Positions 54,501-64,000 of a stretch of DNA of 64,000 nt are shown here, piece by piece. Below the pieces are notes generated by a model. It was given only the letters and a program-made list of their open reading frames with translations, did not search any database and was not told the origin of the DNA. Source of the DNA: Octopus sinensis (Eukaryota); assembly GCF_006345805.1 (NCBI RefSeq), contig NC_043000.1, forward strand, positions 101,680,001 through 101,744,000. Reading direction: 5' to 3'. The position numbers and the translations under genes are program-made. The stretch's first letter is position 1; the number at the start of each line of letters is the position of its first letter.

Positions 54501-55161
54501 AATAACCTTTGCATTTGATTTTTTAATGTCTCTACCCCCATACTTCCTTGAGTTGAATTGAGCAAACACTATATGAGAGAGGTTTTCTTTAAGTGTTGGA
54601 AATAGTTTTATAAAAAGTTTTTTTAGCTGCTATTTCTAACGAGTTCAGTATGTGGCAAAGTAATTTATTTTACTAAGCCCTTTTATATAATATATATATT
54701 ATATATATATATATATATAGATAGATAGATAGATAGATAGATAAACAGAGACAGAAAAAAGAAAGAAAGAAAGAAGCAAGCAAAGAAAGAAAGCAAAAAA
54801 TTTGTTTCCATTGGCTGTTTCAGCAGAGTAAAAACATCATCATTCATATAATTATTTAATTGACATCTGTAATTAATTAATTTAAATGTGATGGGTTACC
54901 CATCTCATCTGGAAAAAATGATGAAAATGGAAATAAAAATTCTGTTACTGTGTTAAATATGATATAAATAAGATTAAAAAAAAAAGACAGAGAATAATAT
55001 GATATGAACGCAATAGAAAGAAGAAAAAAGTACAAAGAACAATAAAACGTAGAGAGAGAGAGAGCAATAAAGACAAAAAGTAGGGGATGCACCTATACAC
55101 ACAGGTACTGATCCTACATATGCATAAGACTTTATTTCATCAATATTTGTTGTGGTGTTGT

Positions 55162-55380
55162 AAGGCTGCAAGCTGGCAGAAACATTAGCATGCTGGGCGA
55201 AATGCTTAGCAGTATTTCGTCTGTCTTTACGTTCTGAGTTCAAATTCCGCCGAGGTTGACTTTGCCTTTCATCCTTTTGGGGTCAGTGAATTAAATACCA
55301 GTTGCATACTGAGGTTAATCTAATTGACTAGCACCCTTCCCAAAAATTTCAGGCTTTGTGCCCTGATTAGAAAAGATTAT
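55162..55380 (+). mobile_element. SINE family A
   Basis: Head boxes and core. Confidence 0.85.
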
Positions 55381-55403
55381 ATTCATTTCAAGTTATACAT
55401 AAA

Positions 55404-55778
55404 ATCAAAATCAAAATCGATCAACATCAATGGAAATTGTAGCTGTGATACCAGTGCCAGTGGCACGTAAGAGAACCATCTGAATGTGGCCATTACCAGC
55501 GCCACCCCGACTGGCCTCTGTGCCGGTGGCACATAAAAAGCACCATCTGATTGTGGCTAGTTGCCAGCTTCGTCTGGCCCCTGTGCAGGTGGCAAGTAAA
55601 AAGCACTCACTACACTCATGAAGTGGTTGATGTTAGGAAGGGCATCCAGCTATAGAAACACTGCCAGATCAGACTGGGCCTGGCGCAGCCTTCTAGCTTC
55701 CCAGACCCCAGTTGAACCGTCCAACCCATGCTAGCATGGAAAACGGACATTAAACGATGATGATGATGATGATGATGA
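55404..55778 (+). mobile_element. Retroposon family C, long copy with internal gtgcc.gtggcac.taaaaagcac repeats
   Basis: Core plus (GAT)n tail; three internal subrepeats. Confidence 0.85.
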
Positions 55779-56252
55779 CATACAATGTAAATTGAAACTG
55801 AAGGATTACTTAATACTTTTAAGTAGAGCATATATTCATTTTAAGTTTTACAAGGAAAAGGTTGATAGTAACTTTGCAGGTTCAGCTAACTTGCCTTCAT
55901 TGGACAGCCAAATGAAGGCAGCCATGCATCACTTCTATTTCACGATACCTTTGCTTGTCCCTCTGTTATACTTTAGCCTTTCAACACTTAGCATAGAACC
56001 ACCACCACCACCACCATCCCTTGCAAATAAACTCCCATCAATGCACCTTGAAGTTCTTTTTTTGTTTTTTCTTGTTCTTTTTGTGTTTTGCTAGTTACTT
56101 GGCAATATGACTAGTGCTGGTGGCACCAAAAAAGCACCTGGTGCATGCTGTAAAGTAGTTGGCATTAGGAAGGTCACCCAGCCATAGAAACAATGCCAAA
56201 GCTGACACTGGATCTCAGCACAGCTCTGCAGCTCACTGGATCCTACCAAACC

Positions 56253-56337
<85 letters not shown>

Positions 56338-56341
56338 AAAC

Positions 56342-56875
56342 TGTTAAAAAGGACAACAAACGTTAAGGCAAGGCAAACATCTCAAGTCATATACATTATT
56401 ATTATTATTATTAGAAAACAATTCAAATCTTACAGCTGTTTCTGGGATATCCTAGATTTACTTCTAAATGATCAAAAAGTTGAATAGTGAACTTTTAAGC
56501 CTCTTTTTTCTTATCTTTGTTCATCTCATTCCTTTACTCCTGTCCTCTTTGTTGTCATTTCATTAATCTATACCATTCTCATTTTCCTTATTTGTCTACG
56601 ATGACAGAATATCCCATACTCTGGGATATTCCAGAAACAGCTGTAGGACTTTGAATTTTTTTTCCAATAATAATAATGTATAGGACTTGAGATGTTTGCC
56701 TTGCCCTAATGTTTGTTGTCTTCTGTAACAATTATAGATCCACTATATTGGAAATCTGCAATGGCTCCATAACTACTGTCTTGGCTATAACCTTGGTGCC
56801 CTAGTAATCTATTACAGCACCTACTTTGTGTACCTAGTCATTTAGATCACCTGTGAACTAAACCCCCATATTTTA
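56342..56875. mobile_element. Inverted-repeat element with hammerhead motif (Penelope-like, non-autonomous)
   Basis: Arms 56342-56456 / 56620-56730; HHR-like motif 56594-56649; flanked by (TA)n and (TG)n. Confidence 0.7.
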
Positions 56876-56961
56876 TGTGTGTGTGTGTGTGTGTGTGTGT
56901 TATGTACAGACATGCGTGCCATACATATATACATAAACACATACATACATACATACATACA

Positions 56962-57895
56962 TGAGGCTGATAACATCATAAGACTTGGAAAGCAGCTCCT
57001 TGAGCAGTGTTCTTTATCTCATAACCTTAAATACATGCCCAAAGAAGTTGCACAACTCTATTGCAACATATCAGATGACAGGATGAGTGTATATGAACAG
57101 AAAACCATGCATGGATATGATGGCAGAAAGCTCCGAGATGATAGTAACATTGATCATCAAAGCAGTCTGTCATGGACCAAAAGCTTGATTACTACCCCCA
57201 CTTTGAAGGGTATGTGATTGCAATCCAGGAACAGTAAATATCAACTAAATACCTGATTCACAAAAGGGACAGAGATGCAGGAAAAGCAGTAAAATGTGAC
57301 AACCTATGCACTGATGCAGACTTTGTGGAGTCAACACCAAAGATACCACCCACATTATAAGCAGTTGTCTGATGTAGCTAGGACACTGTATAACAAGATC
57401 CATCAGTAGGATAATCCTGAGGACAAAGAAATATGGTGGAAGTCATAGCCACTCATGATAAAAAGGAATACCGGTGGAATATCCCAGGGGAAACCTCAAT
57501 AAAATGTAAACACAATACACCTGATATAATGATTTAGGATAGAGAAGGCAAACTGTGTACAGTTGTGGAAGTCAGCTGCCCAACAGATGTTAAGATAAAG
57601 CTGAAGATCAGTGGAAAAGAGAATACCTACTCTGAACTATTGAGAAATCTGCAGTTACTTATCCAGATTACAAGTTCAGAAGTTTATCATTTAAGTATAT
57701 ATGAACATTTTTAAGTATTCAACTATATGCATGAGAATGCATACATAAAACAAAACATACAAATCTACACATATACAAACATACAAAAATACCTTTTTGA
57801 TGTTGTTGAAATTCCAATGAAGGAGCCTTGGATCTAGATTAGAAACCGACTCTATCTCTATCGGCAAGAAATCTTGAAATAAAACTGAATAATGA
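56962..57895 (+). mobile_element. 5'-truncated R4/Dong-like non-LTR retrotransposon (CCHC + restriction-like endonuclease)
   Basis: MHGY..RKLRDDSNIDHQSSLSW; FEGYVIAIQEQ.ISTKYLIHKRD; CRLCGVNTKDTTHIISSC; HNTPDIMI.DREGKLCTVVEVSCPTDVKIKLKISGKENTYSELLRNLQLLYPDYKF; (ATAC)n on both sides. Confidence 0.85.
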
Positions 57896-57932
57896 CATAC
57901 ATACATACATACATAAACACATGCATGTTAAT

Positions 57933-57986
<54 letters not shown>

Positions 57987-58510
57987 CTTGCTTTGACCAC
58001 ACACTGTTCCCTTGTTTGTTTTCACCAACATAAATGTAGTGAATCACCAATCGGCTCAGCTGGAAACTGCAGCAACCAGCAATTAAAATTATTGTTCACA
58101 TAGTGCGATCCAACCTAAAATCTAAAATAAATGAATACATCTATCTCTGGAATCTAACTTTCATTACAGGCATTACAATGTTTAATGAGTCTCTTTCTGA
58201 CTTAATTTTAGACTTTATATACAAAATCTCTTTTCACTTTTTTTATTTCTTAATTATTCACATTCAGTCATATTTTATAGTTTATACTTTAGAGAATTAT
58301 TTTAAGATATCTGCTTCTTTCTCTGTTTGTCTGTCTGTCTATATCTGTCTCTGTCTCTCACATATATAAATACATATACATACATGTATGCACAAGTGTG
58401 TGTGTGTGTGTGTGAATATATATATATATATATATATGTATAAATAATACCAAATGTTCTTTCTCAAACCTTTCATAATGTGATACAAGTCTTTGGTGTA
58501 GCAATTGCAT

Positions 58511-58602
58511 GCGGCTGAAGAGGGCTTTAAACTATCTGTTATGTCGATTATACATTGATGTAAGAATAAGTTGTTTTATAAAGCTCGAAACATGTGTACC
58601 GT
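58511..58602 (+). ncRNA. Minimal type-I hammerhead ribozyme with canonical core
   Basis: GCGG-CTGAAGA(58515-58521)-GGGCTTTA...TAAAGCTC-GAAA(58587-58590)-C ATGT G-TA|CCGT; predicted cleavage after A58598. Confidence 0.8.
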
Positions 58603-58823
58603 GACATCCTTTGTGTCCTGTTTTTTATTTCATTTGATACATATATCCTCTCACCTCTGCTACTAGCTGGCATATACAGGTGCTTACATTTATCAAGTAT
58701 TCACACTGAATTTATATATATATATATATATATATTTAATCATATCAAAGGGAAATGGAAATTAATAGAAATTTTCATTTCCAGTGGCCTAGCTTGTAAA
58801 AATTTAGTCCAAAGACTATGTAT

Positions 58824-59307
58824 TAGTCATAAAATACAGTGTACATTTAAGTACATAAAGAATCCACTCATGGGATTCAACACGCTAGAAAGAACAGCTA
58901 GGTTCTATAACCACAAAATTAGGGATAAAATTCGACAGGAATGAAATGAAAAAATAAAAACATTTTACCTTCTAATTTCCTGGACCAATTGGTTTCTGAT
59001 TTCAGTTTAGCAAGTAAATAACATTTACTCGCGAGGTGAAATCGTTTTCAACAGGGACACCTTAGATTTAAATATATAAATGCGAGGCTATCAACTATGT
59101 GCCTCTTGTTTATACATCCTGATTTTTTCAAAATCTACTGCGCAGGTCCAGGAAATTAGATGGTAAAATGTTTTTATTTTTTCATTTCATTCATGTCGAA
59201 TTTTATCCCTAATTTTGTGGTTATAGAACCTAGCTGTTCTTTCTAGCGTGTTGAATCCCATGAGTGAATTCCTTATGTGTTTAAATGTACACTGTATTTT
59301 ATGACTA
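58824..59307. mobile_element. Foldback element with 163-bp inverted arms and a decayed hammerhead in the spacer
   Basis: Arms 58824-58986 / 59145-59307 (few mismatches), TA at both ends; minus-strand CTGTTGA...GATTTCA/TGAAATC-a-GAAA-CCAATTGG-TC at ~58978-59058. Confidence 0.8.
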
Positions 59308-59333
59308 TACATATATATATATATTATATATAT

Positions 59334-59382
<49 letters not shown>

Positions 59383-59424
59383 TATGCACACTCACATTTA
59401 TATATAGATATGTACATATATGTA

Positions 59425-59616
59425 TGAGGAGGGGCTGAAAAGTTCCTGGCTTTAAGGGTATTGTAACACGCCTGGTTGGAGCCTGAACCATCTGAATTCT
59501 TTTTCAGCGATAAGTGTGTGGATCTGAGAGGGGAACATGTTGAATAAAATCATAATTAACTGATCTTTCCATATTTTCTCTTACCCAAAGCCAGGAACTA
59601 TTTCAGCATCCCCTGG
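59425..59616 (+). mobile_element. mariner-derived MITE (internal deletion derivative)
   Basis: Imperfect ~29-bp TIRs (..gctgaaaagttcctggcttt / aaagccaggaactatttcagc..), TA on both sides, residual transposase C-terminus DKCVDLRGEHVE*. Confidence 0.85.
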
Positions 59617-59634
59617 TATACATACAGTGTATGC

Positions 59635-59681
<47 letters not shown>

Positions 59682-59754
59682 GTATGTATACATGTATATA
59701 TATATATGTATATACATGTATATATGTATACATGTATGTGTGTGTATATATATA

Positions 59755-60408
59755 TTCTTTTATTTGCTTCAGTCATTTGACTGCAGCCATGCTGGAGCAC
59801 TGCCTTTAGTCGAGCAAATTGACCCCAGGACTTATTCTTTGTAAGCCCAGTACTTATTCTATCAGTCTCTTTTGCTGAACTGCCAAGCTATGGGTACATA
59901 AACAAACCAACATCGGTTGTCAAGCAATAGTGAAGGAACAAACAAAGACACACAAACACACACACACATATATATGAGGGCTTCTTTCATTTTCCATCTA
60001 TCGAATCCATTCACACACCTTTGGTTAGCCGAAGGGTATAGCAGAAGACACTTGCCCAAGGTACCACACAGTGGAACTGATCCTGGAACCATATGGTTGG
60101 TAAGCAAGCTAGTTTATTTCATCGAATTGACCATGAAGGTCGAACACAGATAGAGGTAGCTGTGGGATGGACAGAGACATTAATGTGTATGAAAACGACA
60201 AAGATGGGAAAAAATGGGAGAAGCACCGGCACCCGCTGACCGATAACCCCTCGAAATCACTGTTCATTTTAAATCAATATAAATCAAAATTATAATCACA
60301 AAAATTCAAAAATTACAATTACAAAAAAATATTTTTCATTATTCTTTGTCTTCCTCATCTGGGCCCCCAAGTAAGCAAGCTACTTACCACACAGCCACTC
60401 CTGCACCT
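59755..60408 (-). mobile_element. SINE family B, full length, interrupted by a 259-bp insertion (60112-60370)
   Basis: Perfect 12-bp TSD gtaagcaagcta 60100-60111 / 60371-60382. Confidence 0.85.
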
Positions 60409-60899
60409 ATATATATATATATACTTTTTTTAAAATTTGTTTACAGAAAACGTTTTGAATATGCAATTAAACCTCCTATTCCATTATGTTAGCCACAGTC
60501 TTATAATCCTGACTAGTGAACCAGTTTTCAGGGGTTGCATCGAGCTGTACCGATATAATATAGGATAAATACTGTACTAATAATAATAATCCTTGGATAG
60601 AATTTATAAACATTTAATGCATCACTACACACATTTCCATGAGTCACATGTCTCTTAAGATCACAATCCGTATTCCTGGGATGATTACACCATAGTCTGT
60701 AGTATCCCTGGGCATCAGGTAGATAATCTTCATTGATTCATTTCTTGAGGCTATTCATGGAACTGTGCGTAGCAATGCATTAAATGTTTATAAATTTCAT
60801 CCAAAGATTATTGTTATTATTACTATATATACATGTGTGTGTTTGTGTAAATAGAAAGATATATATATATATATATATATGTACACACATTTTGTGATA

Positions 60900-61085
60900 T
60901 AGGCGCAGGGGTAAGGAGCTGTGGGGTATATGGCTGTGGGGTAAGGAGCTTGCTTCCCAGCCACATGGTTTCAGGTTCAGTCTCACTGCATAGTACTTTG
61001 AGCAACCATCTTCTAATATAGCCTTGGTTTGAACAAAGCCTTGTGAATGGATTTGGTACATGGAAACTGAAAGAAGCCCATCGTA
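60900..61085 (+). mobile_element. SINE family B 5' half
   Basis: Similarity to 19762-19925. Confidence 0.85.
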
Positions 61086-61582
61086 TATATATATAAAATT
61101 AAATAAGGGTAGAAATTTATATTAATCAATTAAAACCAGTGGCCTAGCATATTTTTAAAAAACCTGAAGATTGAAAATTTTGTATATATATCTGTGTGTG
61201 TGTGGGGGGGGAGATCTCTGTATCTGTTCCACCCCCCCCCCCCACCTGAAGTTTGTTGTTTATGTGTATGTATTTGCATGTGTGTGTCTGTACATGTGTA
61301 TTTCTGTGTGTGTATATGTGTCTTGGTATGCATGTGTATATATCAAAGTGTATAACATGTTAGTTAATTTTCCATTAATGTACACTTTTTTCAAGTGGTA
61401 TAGTAATAGTTAGGTAACTAACCTATTATACCTGACAAACAGTACTGGTGTGTTTACATCCCTGTAACTTAGCAGCTCAGCAAAAGGAGGCTGATACAAT
61501 AAGCACCAAGCTTTAAAAACGTACTGGGGTTGATTTGTTTGACTTAAACAAGTAAAAGAATAAATGAAAAGAATATGAGTGT

Positions 61583-61616
<34 letters not shown>

Positions 61617-62139
61617 GTTTCATTCTATCACATGCAAAGACTATAATTGAAGACACTGGCCCAGGATGCCATTGCAGTGGGACTGAACCAAGAACCATGT
61701 GCTTGGGAAACAAACTCCTTCCCACACAGCCACACCAGATCCTATATAAATCAACTAAACCCCTCACCGACAATAAAATGACTGAAATCTGTAAAATATT
61801 GAAGAAATGATAGAGTTTTTCTTTTAAAGTGTGTCTAGTAGGTTATATAATCTTACCAACATCTGTGAAGCTGGTTTTTTTTTTTTTTAATTTTACTCAC
61901 AATATCTTGTCAGTGGCATGTCAGTATTTTTAGAATAAACAATCAATCAGTCTGTCAATACAATGGTATTCTCTAGAAATTTCTGTTTTAGTCAGTCAAT
62001 AAAATTCAATAAAATTGTTCTTCGCAAGCAACACACCCTGTTGTTTAAAATAAATATGTATTACTGAAATTGTTTTTAGATGTTTATATTTTTTTTTTCT
62101 GAAAAATGTTTACAACACTCCATCTGTTGAAGAACCCAA

Positions 62140-62248
62140 TTTCTTCTTCTTCTTCTTCTTCTTCTTCTTCTTCTTCTTCTTCTTCTTCTTCTTCTTCCTC
62201 CTCCTCCTCCTCCTCCTCCTCCTCCACCACCACCACCACCACCACCAC
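62140..62248. repeat. Graded (TTC)n-(CTC)n-(CAC)n trinucleotide tract
   Basis: Directly visible. Confidence 0.9.
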
Positions 62249-62862
62249 TTCTCACCTGCTTTCCCTCCTCTTCATTATCACTGACACATATACATGCATA
62301 CACACATAAAAATCTTTCCCTCTCACTCACATACACTTACAGTTCTTCAGATTTATTTTACACACACACATACACACGCACACAGATGTATGTAATTATT
62401 TATAGCCATCTATACTTTTTCCTCCAATCTAATTTATCCTACTTGATTTAATTACATTTATCCACTTTACTTTATCATATTAATTAATTAATTAATTTAT
62501 CTACTTTTAATTAGTATTTATTGTAAATATTTCCTATCCTAGCCTCTGGTTTAAATTCTCTACCCACCAGATAAGTGTATTTGTAAATCAAGTTATACTT
62601 GACATTTAGCTGTGCTAAGATTATATTAAAAATTATTTTTCAAATTATAATGTTAAGTTTATCAGCTGCATATTTGAAATCTACTTAACTCTAACTGAAA
62701 AGCAAATCATATCAGTTTAAAGACAACAAGGTTGTTTACAGGCTAGAAATGTCAGCTAAATTTCTTCCCCCTATCCCTTGAATTCCCTTAGGCAAAGAAA
62801 GGCTATATTAGATAATGTAGGCTACATTCCCTTAAAAACTATGAGGATCGCCATGGAGGGAA

Positions 62863-63156
62863 TCATCATCATCATCATCATTGTTTAACGTCCGCTTTCC
62901 ATGCTAGCATGAGTTGAATGATTTGACTGAGGGCTCGTGAACCAGATGGCTGCACCAGGCTTCAATCTTGATCTGGTAGAGTTTCTACAGATGGATGCCC
63001 TTCCTAACGCCAACCACTCCAAGAGTGTAGTTGGTGCTTTTATGTGCCACCAGCACAAGGGCCAGTCAGGCAGTACTGGCAACAGCAACACTCAAATAGT
63101 ATTTTTTTATGTGCCACCTGCACAGGACTGGCTCCTGTGCAGGTGGCACATAAAAA
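62863..63156 (-). mobile_element. Retroposon family C
   Basis: (CAT)n plus reverse-complement core. Confidence 0.85.
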
Positions 63157-64000
63157 TGTTTTTGGTTATAGACTTGTACATTCAAGGTTGATCTTTGGGG
63201 ATGAACACTAAAATGTCACATCAAATACTGCTCTGTCCTGAAATTATTTTCTCATATATCATCAACTTCCTCACATTACCTTCCTTTTCTGATACCTTTG
63301 TCCAGCACACCTGCATGGACGATTTACCTTCACTACATGTCTACATCTCCCCTCAGTCTGAGCAGATAAATCTTTGCTCAAATACTTTTCACACTTTTGG
63401 TTTAATCTATACATTCTTCCTCTTAACTACTCTTTGTTTTTTCTTCTCTCTCCTTCACACACTGTGGTGTATGCGGGAGATTTGAAATAAGGACACCTAC
63501 CTTCTCTTCTTCGATGGAGACCTCCCCAGTGGTAATGCACCCTTCCATGCGGCCTGACCTGAACACTAGAAATAGCAGCTGATTTTCCCCTACCTTAACA
63601 AAGCGCTCAGCTACCTCGATCGAAAGGTCGAATACTGCCCTGCTTGCGCACGCGTCACTCCTGCTCCTTTCTCTTCCGGTCAGCCCCAAGTTCCGGTCAG
63701 CTTCCCAGCTGCTGACATCATCCCACACACACACACACACTGCATTCAATTGCAATGATCTCATTTAGATATATCTCTTTCATGAATTTATGCTATAGTC
63801 GTATAATACACTCATTCAGACCTCCTGTTTTTATGCATTGAATCCTTCACCTGCTGTATGAGAAACCAAAAGTTATTTACTCTATCAAATGTTCTGCTTA
63901 TTTATTCACACTGTTTTGATTTAATCATGCATTATCTCATAGCTTTTAGATTTCAATGATACGATTATTTTTTAGAATCACATAATGAGGGCAAGTGTTG

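Larger units (their letters stand above)
51719..54691. repeat. 562-563-bp tandem array with central inversion (retrozyme / Penelope pLTR-like)
   Basis: Unit starts at 51719, 52281, 52844 (left arm to 52920); inverted arm 52940-54691 (~3.1 units); only a handful of differences among units; (TA)n at both outer flanks. Confidence 0.95.

Noticed and set aside
51889-54565. Repeated 66-111-aa ORFs in the 562-bp units
   Set aside because: Mostly non-ATG starts, changed by 1-bp indels between otherwise identical units, no recognisable domain.
51719-54691. CRISPR-like or rDNA/5S/snRNA tandem array
   Set aside because: No short repeat-spacer structure, eukaryotic context, and no recognisable 5S, U snRNA or histone sequence in the unit.

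Overview
AT-rich, microsatellite- and SINE-saturated metazoan genomic DNA. The repeat style suggests a cephalopod such as Octopus, which is an inference. The only confident host coding sequence is one 123-bp internal exon of a GT7 beta-1,4-galactosyl/N-acetylgalactosaminyl-transferase (6719-6841, +). A possible signal-peptide exon lies on the minus strand (35661-35766). The rest is intron/intergenic: at least five SINE-like families, decayed LINE fragments (RTE, CR1-like, R4/Dong-like), and mariner and hAT MITEs. Main finding: a cluster of minimal type-I hammerhead ribozyme (HHR) motifs of the Penelope/retrozyme kind. The largest is a young, nearly identical 562-563-bp tandem array with one HHR per unit, arranged as a head-to-head palindrome (51719-54691). 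Two shorter HHR-bearing inverted-repeat elements share that divergent architecture, one stand-alone HHR has a canonical core (58511-58602), and several relics occur. There is also a 1.83-kb insertion (30731-32559) built entirely from four pieces of its own flanks, a serial template-switch signature. All alignments and foldings were done by eye, and coordinates of decayed repeats are approximate.
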